Of a stretch of DNA of 64,000 bases, positions 32,062 to 45,600 are shown one piece after another. Source of the DNA: Bugula neritina (lineage: Eukaryota > Animalia > Bryozoa). Numbering within the stretch: the first letter of the stretch is position 1; each line of letters begins with the position of its first letter. Position numbers and translations under genes: made by a program. Below the pieces are notes generated by a model. It saw only the letters and a list, made by a program, of their open reading frames with translations. It made no database searches and was not told the DNA's origin. Where the stretch lies: assembly GCA_964035545.1 (NCBI GenBank), contig OZ037768.1:5054741-5118740 (forward strand), in the 5' to 3' direction.

Positions 32062-33819
32062 CACAAACACAAAACAAGGAAAAATTATGATACAATTCAT
32101 TTAATTTTCTTACTGACCATAATTTTTGCTATGCTGTACATATTATATTATATAAAAATTAGTGGCCAATAAATTTTGCACAGTTTATAAACACAGTAAC
32201 AACTATAACCAGTATTTTTACTGTATAACTGCAAAAATGAAAAATAAAATTTGAACAAATAGTTTGGAAAAAATGCAAAAAAAAATACAATTCAATGACT
32301 GGGAAAATATCATATATTTTTCAATTTTATAGTTTGAATTTTCTGAAATTACGAATAGCCAAAATATTTGATAACTGAATATATCAGCTTAGATTTAATT
32401 TATATGCACACAATATTTAGAATATGAGCAGCTATGCAAACATTTGTGCTAAATAATAATATGTGTGATGCAATAAATTAAAATTGTTTATTAAACATAC
32501 GTGGTCCATGGTAAGCTATATATAAGTTCCTTGCAGAACATTGCTTGACTCCTGTATCCCTAATGGAACAAACTTCATTTACATCTACAACAAAAATTTG
32601 CATTAAATTTTTAATTATTATCCAATAATGATTTTTTTTCAAAACTGCCATACAAAAGTATTGTACTTCAAAACTAATCTAATATTTAATTCAATTCAGC
32701 TAATTCAGATAAGGTAACAAAATGTCAATGATACTAATTATCCAATACTATAATCTTTGCTTCTGAAATTTCTTTTTCAAATTAATTGTAAAATTAAAGG
32801 CATCATTTAAAATCAATTTACTAATTTTTTATGATTTAGAATCAAGCTAGTAATTGAGATAAGTATAAACAATGTTCAAATGAGTCAATTCCTCTAGTGC
32901 TAATAGCACATGCCTTCAGTTTTAGAGAACAGGCACTGTGGGCTAGTTATTGAGTAAATACCAATAGTATTAGTTTGTCCTTTTAAGTTTGTGAGTGAAG
33001 CTGAAGCTGCAAACCTGTGATTGATAGATAAAATCAAAAAATGGGGCACAATTTTTGCCCCAATTTATGTAATGAAAGTACATTGTCATAGATATTGCTA
33101 ATATGACAGTTAGTACTGTAGTCAGTAAGTGAATAACTAACCCTGATATTATAAAATATGTCGATGATAACCAGTGATAATCATAATGATAATTATAATC
33201 AGAATGGGTGTAAATAAAAATTAAAATCAAAATGTATTCAATTTTAGTTATACTCATACTCATACTGATACTCACCACTACCAGGTGCTGTAAGTGTCGG
33301 ATTAGTTGGATTGAAATAAGTAAAAGTTCAATAAAGTTGAAGTACTATAGTAGTTACTATGACTTGAAAAGCATAGTACGAGCAGTGGTACAGAGATAGT
33401 CAATGACTGAAGCTCAAGCTGGTTAGAGCTAGTGGTTACGCAGACCCTTGTTGAATCAGAATGGTTCGTCGCTTAGATATACACCCAAAACATGCACATA
33501 TTCCCATGACAGCTATTAAAACGCCTAGAACAAGTGCAGCAGCATCACCTCCATCAAATGCTGTAACAGTACTTATAAAAGTCAAGAAAAATAAACCCCT
33601 ACAAAGCATAATAATATTATTGTCTAATCAGTTATAGTTTTTTCAACTTCCCACAACATCGTATGACAGACTGGAAAAAACTACGGCGGATACTCGACCA
33701 CGTGATTAAGCCGACGTTTATTACACCTCAACTACCAGTGCGTCTGCCATGTTCATGCATCAAGCATCGTGAGAGAATAACATAACGACTAGTGCTATAT
33801 AAGATAACTTGAAGATTAT

Positions 33820-34087
33820 TTTATAAGCAACTTCAAATTGGGAGTGATTGAGTTCAATAGTTTGAGATTCTTGAGTTTAAGTTGAGGCTCTAAGTTCCTA
33901 CTTAAACCCCCAACTTCAATCTTGATAATCTTAGTCACCCCCAACTCGGAACTGATTATAAAGCAATTCATAACCAGGCAATAGAATTGTTCTAAAAGCA
34001 GCTGCGAGGTGGGGGGTGGAGGACTACTTTAGTTTGAAGTTCTCAAGTTTGGAGCTAGGTCCCCAACTCCAAACTTGAGAACTACTA
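33820..34087. mobile_element. Two adjacent degenerate copies of the palindromic MITE family
   Basis: Share ttataagca...gagtgattgagt...agtttg..ttct..agttt and ccccaact.caa.cttga arms with 14684-14872. Confidence 0.6.
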
Positions 34088-34928
34088 CATCTCTGTTATG
34101 AATGCTATAGAGTATAGAGTATAGACTAATAATAATTGCATATGATAGAGAAAGCAAATTTGGCAGAATTCATATTTGGTCAGTTTTTAAAGCTTTGTAT
34201 AAAACAGCTGTGACCCACAAACATGTAGCATAGTGTTATATAATATATAATAATATATAATGAAATGACACATGATACTTTCATATTTGTAATATATGCA
34301 CAGCACATGTGTAGGTACTTTAAAGCTTTAATACAATTAAATATAATAAATTTCAAAGATACAGAAATAGGATTTATAGAACTAATTTCCTTACACAAAG
34401 CTTTTGCCTTGGCAATTGCTACATGCAGTTGTTGGTCCATATTTTTACAAAATTATGAGTTGCAAATAAAAAGAATCTTATTTATATATTATCCTCCAAA
34501 GACTCAGGCTTTTAAAGCAAATTCAACACGTATAAATTTAATAAAATACATGGCTCTTTTTGAGTAGCAATTTAAAAGCATAAAGTGAAGCACTGGGTTA
34601 CATGGCATTTAGAGGAAACAACTTCTCAAAAAAATATTTGATGTAAAAACAAAACAATACATCCTAAACAATTGCAAAAACTATTCTGTTGTAAATAATA
34701 ATATATACAACAATAAGTGTAGAGGTTAATTGCAACAATAAGACACTAAATTTCCTTATATGGGTTATATACATTCCTCCCAACAATCAAACTATTGCCA
34801 TAATTATTAGATTATTTAAATTAGACAAAATGGAGGTTCTAAGAGATATTTATTATTTCAGTATCCCTTTATTGCAAACTATATGCGTATTTTTATTGCC
34901 TTTTTGCATCTTCTACTTGATTAGGAAG

Positions 34929-36351
34929 ATGGGTGCTGCAAGGAGCTTTGTATACCCGTAAGTTGATTTGATTATTTTTTAGGATAATTAAATTGAATCA
35001 GTTTTATTGACCATGTAACAATATTTGTTTAAGAAACAACTTTTTCCAATGAATAGGTGCTGCTTTGGGTTGAAATTTTACACTAGTGGTTAATGGCACT
35101 AGTAAGGCAACACTGAAGGAATCTCTTTTTATTATTTTATGGAAGCTCTTAAGTTTTGGTCACGCATTTTCAGTTTCTTACAGTTTATTGAGCACATATC
35201 TCAATGAAACTCATGAATCCTATTAGATAGTTTTATATGTATAGCCATTCACTTTTCTAACTATCGCTGTATGTTTAACTGTAAAAAGTTGCTAAGCAAA
35301 CATGTAATATAGCAACTTCATCTATGCAGACATCAGCTAATTCTAAATAATACTTTTCAGATGGACAAGTCATGGATCTGGGGAGGTGACAGGAGATGAG
35401 GTGGTGGAGAAGAATGAACATAGGTTTGAGGAGAGAGAAGAGAATGGAATAGATAAAGTTAGTCGAGTGAGAAAGAGAGGAGTTAATGATATGAAGCCAG
35501 AGGAGGGAGTAGATAAGGGAAATGGAAGTCAGGACAAAGTATCTGAATCAATGAATTTGAAGAACACCGCTGAAGAAGGGACAGTGAAAGTTAAAGAGAA
35601 TAGTGAGGGTAAAGAAAAGCTTGCTCAAAAAGAAGATACTACAGTGGCAATTGAGAAGATAGTGGCTGAGAAAGAGAATAATGCAAAGCTAGATGATGGG
35701 GCCGTTGAGAAAATAAAACGTGAAAAGATATATGAGGAGGGAGAAAATGATGAAATTAAACAAGTGAAGGGTAAAAGTGAAGTTTCAAATAAGGATGGTG
35801 AAATGGGGAAAGAGGAAGCTAAGCAGAATGACAAAAGAAAAATGGTGAAGGCAGAAATTGGTAATGATATTGTGGAGAAAGACTTGTTAGAGCAGAGCAT
35901 TGGAGAAGCTAACATGGCAGCAATTGAGAATGTGAACAAGAAAGAAGTTCCAGAAAAGAGTCCAGTGGATAAAGTAGAGACTGAACAGGCAGAAGGTGAT
36001 AATGCTATTGTAGAAGTCGAGAAAAGTGAAAAAGGCAAGAAGAGTGGTAGAATGGTAAATAGAGCTAATGGAGCTGAGTTGGCAGCTGGAGAGGAGATTA
36101 ATACTAATGTATATGATAATGGTGAGTTAGTGTTCAATATAGAAACATACAAACAATTGCCTTTATTTAGCACCTGAAGATTAATTAATATCTTTTACAA
36201 TGTTTGACCTGTGCTGTATGAAGTATGACTATAAGCAACACTGACAATCCTTTCTGTTGTAGAAGAACAAGTGGCAGAAGAGAACAGCTCTCGAAGAAGC
36301 AGATTCTCAAGATTTATGCAAAGGATGTGCTGTTGTGGCTCAGAGAGATGA
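34929..36351 (+). CDS. Orphan Glu/Lys-rich disordered protein. Exons 34929-34957, 35361-36121, 36263-36351
   Basis: Phases consistent; purine-rich ORF; starts MGAARSF and ends RRSRFSRFMQRMCCCGSER*; AATAAA downstream. Confidence 0.7.
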
Positions 36352-36660
36352 ATGAATTGTGTGTCTATGTGTGTCTATAATCTATTTTTGTTAATATATT
36401 AATTATAAAAAACATATACAATATAATACAATGTATATTATGCTACCTATGGTATATTTTGCTAATAAAATGCAGAAATTGCGAAAATTATGGTGAATGT
36501 TTGTTGTTTATTGACAATATGACAGTATGCAATAAAAACTCTAATAAAAGCATATAATAGTAATAAAAATAAAATATCATTAAATAGAATACACGAAATA
36601 GTGCAAAAAATTGACATAATTATGCCTATAATGTATGAATAATTCTGTCAAGAGAAGTGG

Positions 36661-39600
36661 TCATAACAATCTAATCAATTCTTCTCTTGCTATACTAACT
36701 AAAGTATTGAAATCACAGCCTATGAGAGACCTCCAGTACTTCCGTACTTTACCCCACACATTGGGGGGATAATTTGGACTAGCAATACCTGCAAAGCAGT
36801 ATTACATACTTTTTTACATGAAAATAAGATAAGTGGATAATTACTACAGATAAAGGCTGCTGAAGACACTATGATTGGGCAGCTTTAGGTTCCGAAAATT
36901 GTATATTTATAATTGGTGAGACAACTCTTAAAATATCAACAGTCCTTAGCCTGTATCTACAGCAGTTTTAAAAAAATGCTGCTGAACGCTGTTGCTAATT
37001 AACAACTTAAAGTAATACTTTGAAACATCAAGTGCCTCCAAATACTTCCAAACACTTTAGGATCAAAAACCACGACCTCTACTCACCATACAATATCTTA
37101 GCAACATCTCTACCAGTAAAATCGTGTTCAGAACTGTACGTGCCAATGAAACTGGAGACTTGGGAATATATTAATTCTCTTTCCTGGTTGTCAGACGTCT
37201 ACAACAGCAAAACACATGCCAACATATTCAGATGCAAGATGCAAATATTATATGCTGTATATTTCGTAACAAAGTTTTGTATAATGTGATTTCACACCTA
37301 GAGTCTAGACACTGCGAGGCTAAAAGCCTTCAATATAGTTGCTAGTGTGTGACAAGCTTTTCACGGCGGGAGCCAATAAGACATTTATTTGTGAGCGCGC
37401 GCACACACACATGCACACGCACAAGTAATAATACCAAATACACAACCTCAGATGACACAACATAATCTTTCACAGGATCATCAGCTTCAAAATATTTCAT
37501 TATTGAGATTTTGAGTGAATCACTACGTCTTTGATCGGCCAGCTCAGAAACCATAAAGTAGTCCTTGTATGCTAACCTAAAACATGATGAATTGGGGATC
37601 CAAGACCTTTACAATACATAAATGTATAATAGGTCAGCCTTTCACTATACCCATATTAGGTAATGCTAAATATAACTCAGGCTTTAGCTATGCCCATATT
37701 AGGTAATGCTAAATATACCTCAGGCTTTAGCTATGCCCATATTAGGTAATGCTAAATATAACTCAGGCTTTAGCTATGCCCATATTAGGTAATGCTAAAT
37801 ATACCTCGGCTTTAGCTATGCCCATATTAGGTAATGCTAAATATACCTCAGGCTTTAGCTATGCCCTTTATTAGGTAATGCTAAATATATGTCAGGCTTT
37901 AACTAGATACAATCTACACAGCACTAAACATTAAGCAGCCGTAGCCTGAAAGAGATGCTAAACTAAAGTAGTAGCAGTGCTAAGATCTTCCTTTCTTACT
38001 TGTCAAGAATTTGATAGAAATAATTTAAGCGAGTCACTTCCTTCCTCTCCTGCATCTCCACCCGAGTGCGGAGGAAGTCCAGCATTTCATCTTGAATTTG
38101 GGAGGTCAAATTGCCGGGTGCTCGTACTCTAAATGCCAAATCACTAAACTCCACGACTATGCCACTTCTCTTGTATTTACCATCTGGCAGCAAAAATATA
38201 AAAAATGTTACTAGGGCAGCGACATACTTTTTGCTATAAATTAACAGATTTTCTATTTTTCCTCCACAAAGAACATGGAATACTTTTCTGCATTATCAGA
38301 TGTGAATAAAACAAAAACTGAAAAAATTCATTATTTTATTGACACAGAAATAGTTTCATGTTGGTGTTGAAAATAAAAAAACTCACAAACATTAATGAAT
38401 ATTTTGTCAAAGCAAAGACACCCTGAAATTGACTTGATTATATTTCTTACCTCCATTTACAATCCACTGTAACTGCTTCAATTCCTTCTTGATGAAAGCA
38501 GATGGCTTATTCAGCAAATCAGCAATTTCTGTCAAACTGAAAGTGAAATCTTTGCAATCCAATTTGTCACAGTTTTTCTTTTGCATTGCCATGGCTACAC
38601 CCAACGGGACACACTTCAATATACAATGTGTGGATTATATAACGTGTTGGTTATATGTACAACATACTCATAGTGACGAGTGTCAATAGACAGTTTTAAC
38701 TTAATTTAGTTTTTCAAAATTCAATAGGAGTTGTTTTCTTCTTCAGCAATTCAGTTCAAGCAAATAGAAATGACAAGATATCATAACCAGTTGACAAGAA
38801 AGAAAATCTTACTTAAACAAATAATTCTATATTAATACATAAACATTGCAAATCTAACTTTTCAAAGAAAGCAATACAACTATAAATCATATAAATCATA
38901 AGTTACATAGCTGCAAAAAGCAATTTCTCAATCATTAAATTATTAATTATTTTCAATCTTCAACTATACTCTTACTATTATGTTACGTCCTAGCCTGAAA
39001 TCAAAAAGAAACTTAGTGAAAATTGCACTTAATTTCATAAATATTGAAACAATTATTTCTATAACAAGTCTTGTTAACATTCACTATAAATACAACGTTT
39101 GATGATCACAATAGAGATCAAGGAAAATACTTATATATACTAGGCTTATACTTATTACAACTATATAACATCACTAATCAAAGCCTCAAGTTTAAAATAA
39201 AGTGAATCACCTTTTTGGCTGCATTATGCAGCTCAGAGAGACCCCCATAGCACTTTATTGAGCAGCTGCTGTAGACATTCGGCAGATTCTGCAACCAATC
39301 TGCATTATGCAGCTCTAAGTAAAATAACAAAGTGGCCAATCCTACAAAAAGACAAAAAAAAAACACTTTAAAAACATTAAAATTAAAAATAAAGTTTTAT
39401 GCAATCCCTTATTGTATTCAAGTACAGCTGCGTGTGAATTACATTGTAAATAGACATGCAGATGAAATGTGGAGAACATGCCTTGCTCTGTGATATTAAA
39501 CTCCTGCACAGCTTTGCTAATAACAAGAGTTCTCTCGTGACCAGCACAGGTCGTCAACTCGCTTAACGGTCGGTTTTCTGACTGCGAGAGCGCCTCGGCC

Positions 39601-42600
39601 AGCTTCTGACACTTACATGGCGTGTATATAGCAGAAAGAAGCTTTCTGATAACTGATTGGTCAATACTATTAGCATACGTATGCTTTTCCAACTCGGACA
39701 CATCCGTACCCTGGAAACATAGAGGAAGTCAACTGAAGGAATTAAATGAAGAGGGGACATTATTTATATTTTCATTAATTGTAGCAAAACAAAGCCATGT
39801 AAAGCCGGCTTAAATCTCAGCTCTTGGTTTTTGGTATTTCTATAAAAAAGATTGATTTTTATTTATATATAGAAAATATATTGAAATTAAATGCTTAAAA
39901 TGAACATGTAACCAGCTGTCCCACCACAGTCATCATAATCAATTCAAACAAACTGCGTAAACACAAAAACAGCATCTGCTATAAGATGGCTGAAGGAACT
40001 GCTATCTAAGAATATCAAAACTATTGAATATAAAAGCAACAGGACACACACCTCTGGTTCCAGAAAGACATGGCATTCCGCTGCTAATCCATCTCTGCCA
40101 GCTCTCCCAACCTCCTGCACATAGCTCTCAAAACCTTCAATAATTCATCAAACATGATCCTCCATATACATTATAAAGGATACAATAAAAACTGTATTAA
40201 TCCATTTAGTGAAAGACTTGGTGGGATAAACATTATTGTAATTTAATGAAAACAGAGGAGCATGAAGATTTCTGTAAGCATGGGATAAAAACTTCACATT
40301 TTAAAAGCAGAATAATTTTGATAATGTGCATCGAAATAATAGTGAAGGTCACTAAGAATGTGGAGAACAGCGACAGGTGAAACATTTCGAAACATGAACA
40401 TTTACTACAGTTGTTTCCACAAGATGGCATCAAAAGAACATAGAGTGAGCATATACTATTACTAGGAGAGCTCAAACATTCCTATAAATACTGTTAATAT
40501 AGGAATGCTAGTTCTCAATGATGCACCAATATGTATGCAGATGTTAACGACAGCGTAGGTAAAGTACGACAGCAGGTAAACAAATTGCCAAGTCCTGTGA
40601 AAGTATATTCATACCTTTAGGCAGCGTGTAGTGTATAACTGCTCTAACATCAGACTTGTCTAAGCCCATACCAAAAGCTACTGTAGCCACCACAATTCTT
40701 AGCTTTCCTTTATGAATGTAGATGATACAACAGCATAAATAAACGCATTTTAAAAATTAAAATACATTTTTAATAAACACATATATTGCATGTGTATATT
40801 AAATATAATAAATATAATATGTACATATAATAACTACAATACACATATTGTATATAATACAGATGTTCAAGACTGCATACTACTCAATACAGAAAACTAG
40901 TAAGGTCAGAAACCAGTATTCTTCTATTTGAAGTTAAAGCTCAAATATTGTAACAAAAACAGCTGAATAACTTATCAGAACATAATTGTGTTCAACTACA
41001 GGCAGAGTTTCAAGCTGCTAAGTTGTGTGATAGAAGGAAATGCACCACTTCAGCCACATATACAGCTAATAGAATACAAATTAATAAGGTTCTTTTACCT
41101 GAAATTCTATTACAAATTCTATACAAATTTTTACACAAAAAAGCCAAAAATGCACCAGTTACTTCCACCTGTCCTACAATCATTAGCTATAATGAACCTT
41201 TGAATTAACATTAGGCATTAACAATATAATTTTAGTAATGACTAATTACACAATACCCTTTTGGACTTGTGAACACTTGTTATCTACATATTATAGTGAA
41301 TAGCTAATTGTGGTACGTACCTGTCATAAACTGCTTTTGAATTCTCCTTCTCTGAGCAGCTGAGAGACCGGCGTGGTAACTCTCCGCCACGGAGGTCTTC
41401 TTACTGCTGTCGAATGACTCATCATTAGATAGGACAGTTCTTAGCAGAGAGGCTAGTCTGTCAGCCTGCTCCCTTCTCGTACAGTAGATAATTATAGAAT
41501 GACACTCTCTAAACCTCTTACTCTGTAGCAAGTCTAGCAGTGCCTGCATATAAACACAATACACTGCTTAACTGTGTGACAACAATGTGCAGGTGCTTCT
41601 AAGTGCTGAAACCTACATGCCAGGAAAGCACATTTTGAATTGGAGTGACTCAATAGCTTAGATCAACAAACTGTAAGTAATTCATTTTCTTCACATTGAT
41701 ACAAGGAAAACTTATCACCAACTTTGAATCGTAAACCTCTTAACTTGACTCATTGCTAAGTTCCTGTTTTATTAAACATAAAATGAAGTAACTATGACTT
41801 ACGTATGGAAGGTAGAACATATATGGTGAGGAAAACTCTTAATAAGCATACTTGCAGTGTACAACATAAACACATTAATAATAACAGCAAGTACCTGCTC
41901 CTTGTGACAGTCTCTCGACACAGACAGGTTGAGGTTCGGAGGGAGAATAGTGCCACGGATGCAGTCACTCTCTACACACTCCAAGTTTAGATGCTTAGAG
42001 ATGGTCACTACAGTCTCCTTAGTGGCTGTAGCTGTGAGTCCCAGGAAACACCTTACGCCAAACCTCACTCGCAATATCTGTACTCAAAAGTAGAAATAGT
42101 TTCAAGTAAAAAGAAAATAAATTACTAATAAAGTCTTAATCAACCTAAAGCTAACTTGCAAAAAGGTATAACAACCATTGATTCTTTATTTAGCTACAGT
42201 TATTGATAATTATAATGTTGATAATTACATTACATAATTACCCACATGAGTACAGGTGCTACAGACCTATACAACTCTAAACAGCCAGAGCTACAATAAC
42301 CTGAAAACACTCAACATGATAGACAGACCTTGCAGACTCGAAGGTAACTCGGTCTAAAGTTGTGAGACCACTCGGAGAGGCAGTGAGCTTCGTCAATGCA
42401 GGCAAAGCTGATGGGAGGCAACTTGTTGAGGAACTCTATGTTCACTCTGCTTGTTGAGCACATGAACTCAGGGGAGCAGAGCAGGAACTGTGCACCGCCC
42501 TCTGTTATACAACTCATGATCTTAGACTTGACAGAGTCTGTCTGACCAGTATGAAGACAGTATCCCTTGACACCGCGCGGAAGATCAGCAACCTGGTTGT

Positions 42601-45600
42601 ATATTGATATAGACTTTAAAAACTCACGCAAGTTTATAACCACTATTCCTAATGGAAAGAGGTTATTTTAAAGCGAGCTAAAGACTTATTCATATGTGGC
42701 ACAGAAGCAACTATGACTGAATGCTCTTCCTAACATCAGCAATGGCCTTTACTGGGGATCGAACCCATGACTTCAAGTTCACTAGGCAAACACTCAAATC
42801 TCTAGACTTTAGATATATAAATATACATATGGATATTTAAACAGACAGACAGACGTACTTGATCCTCCATGAGTGATACCAAGGGGGAGATAATCACAGC
42901 AATAGAGCCACTTCTTTGAGCATGAAGATATGCAGGTAACTGATAGCATAGTGATTTACCTGCGCCGGTTGATAGCATCACAAGTGTAGATTTCCCTGAA
43001 ATTAAAGATATTCAGACTAAATTTAACCATTGCACACAATAATTTGTATATATTATCATAGGATATATAAAATGCAACATAAAACCATATGTTGATAGTT
43101 CCATATCAACAGAATTATATCTATTGCTGCAGAAAGACAAAATTAAAAAAACATTCAACAAAAATTGTTCAACTTTCTGTGAACGAATCTCCAACAGTAA
43201 ACTTGTCTTGAGCAAAAGTTATCTTACCCTGTAGTATTCTACACACAGTCTCTAACTGGCCAGGCCTGAATGCTTTAAATCCAAAAACTTCCTGAAGTGT
43301 TTCAAGTGCCTTTTCTTCACAAGCTGTAAAAGGTTTTGCAAAGAAAGGCAAAAATAAACGAATAGAAAATAAGCAAGTTTCAGGGGATACTTAACAGCCT
43401 AAAACAGTACTGAGTGTATCGAGAAATGATCATATGCACCACACACACCATATTGAACATAGCACACACACACACGCACGCACAAACCTGCGCACCAACG
43501 ACGAGAAGGATATCTACGGTACACAGTAATAAGTAAACAAACCACTTTTTTCCTCTGTAGCATATAATGGTGAACAAGATGCTGCACTAACACTCTTGGA
43601 TTCCTCCTTTTCACCTAAAGGAGTTGTAAATAAACTAAAACACAACATTGAGTTCACACAGGTGTAACTATGAATATGTAAATAAACAGTCAAATAATTC
43701 ACACACCAGAAATGGAAAATATATAACTTATCTAATGCATGCATACACTGCTAAGTTGTATACTAAACAGTTATGTGGCCATTATCTCACTTCTACTCCA
43801 TACATGTATTATTTCTAAGATATAACAAACGATAAGACCTTGTCTTTACAATGAAAGAAATAGAACACTTTTGTCACTTGAACAAACTCTAAAATCAGGT
43901 AGAACTGAATCACTTCTAGCCTGAAAATTTTCCAAGCAGGTATGTCCTTTCTAAAAGCCCAGCTGTTACACAAGCAGAGGGAGGTAAGAACACTACCTGT
44001 GTATGCACCCAGCATTAAATCATCCAGGTAGTCATCTACAGGCTTATTGAGCAGGAAACCGTCTGTATCTTCATGAAATACTTCCTCTTCTACATAGTAC
44101 AATACAGAGTATATATATAAATATATCTTCTTCTATATAGTACAATACAGAGTATATATATAAATATATGTTCTTCTATATAGTACAATGCAGAGTATAT
44201 ATATAAATACTTCTTCTTCTATATAGTACAATGCAGAGTATATATATAAATATATCTTCTTTTATATAGTACAATACAGAGTATATACATAAATATATCT
44301 TCTTCTATATAGTACAATGCAGAGTATATATATAAATATATGTTCTTCTATATAGTACAATACAGAGTATATATATAAATATATGTTCTTCTATATAGTA
44401 CAATACAGAGTATATATATAAATATATGTTCTTCTATATAGTACAATGCAGAGTATATATATAAATATATCTTCTTCTACGTAGTACAATACAGAGTATA
44501 TATATAAATATATCTTCTTCTACGTAGTACAATGCAGAGTATATATATAAATATATCTTCTACATAGTATGTAGACTAAGTAAAGTGCATGTAGAGTACA
44601 TGTGGAGTAACGTAGATTATGTAAAATGCTTACAATATAAGCCTACAAATGAGATAATGAAATTTATAAAAAATACAAGATTTTGCAGCCCATAATGCTA
44701 TTAAAAGTACTTGTATAAATTCTGGAATGATTACTCACAAACCCCAAACTCTCAAGTCAAAAATTGTTCATAAATTCTAGCTGACAATGCTTCAATACAA
44801 TAAAACTATCGTACTTTCTTTCTCTTGCCCACTAACAGAGGGATTGGAGCATTTGTTCGCCCAGTGTCCTTCTTTACCACACTTGAAACATGCTGTTCCA
44901 CGCTTTGCTGACATTTTGTTTCTCCATTGCTGTCGCTTGTAAGCCGCACCCTTGACCCCGGCCTTGCCCTTTGCGTAGACTTTCTTACGTAAGTTTAACT
45001 TAACAAAGTTGTCATTCGTTCTGTGAACTCTAGAAATACAGCAAAAACTTAGCAACACCTTAAAGATAGAGCAAATAAAAGGGCATGTTGAGAGTAGAGT
45101 AGAGAGAACCGTGATTGGTAAACAATACCATATCGGTCTTACCTAGAAGAGCTAGTTTTACAGCTAGAGGTCATTGGCTTCAGTTTCTTAGCCTCAGGTT
45201 CCACTGAAGTTGCCTGCTGTAAGATATTATTACCTGTTATTTCAGTCAATCATAATCTGAGACTAGATGATATAATAACTAAGCAGCTATATAATATATA
45301 TACAACTACTCTGTAAACAATTATTTGAACGTTTTTTAAACTTGAAATATTGTGAACTAACAGACTATGTGTACGTGTGTACTAGTGTACGTGAGTGTGT
45401 GTGTAAGTTACTAACTGTGTCATCAAATACTTCCCTTAGATATACCTGAGAGGCTGCTGTTCGTTTAGGTAGCTTTTTACACTGAGCATTTTTCGGTGGG
45501 ACCTTCAAATCATCTGGCTGTCCTTTGCCTAAATGAATTGACAAACAGTAAGTTAAGTTAGAATGCTTAGTCTGAGGGAATTTCAATGGTATTTTACTAT

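Noticed and set aside
33405-33472. tRNA-like A/B boxes (agctcaagctggttagagc...ggttcgtcgc)
   Set aside because: No cloverleaf, degenerate B box and no acceptor stem
37650-37900. CRISPR-like array (also 44082-44572)
   Set aside because: Head-to-tail tandem units with no unique spacers, in eukaryotic introns, no cas genes
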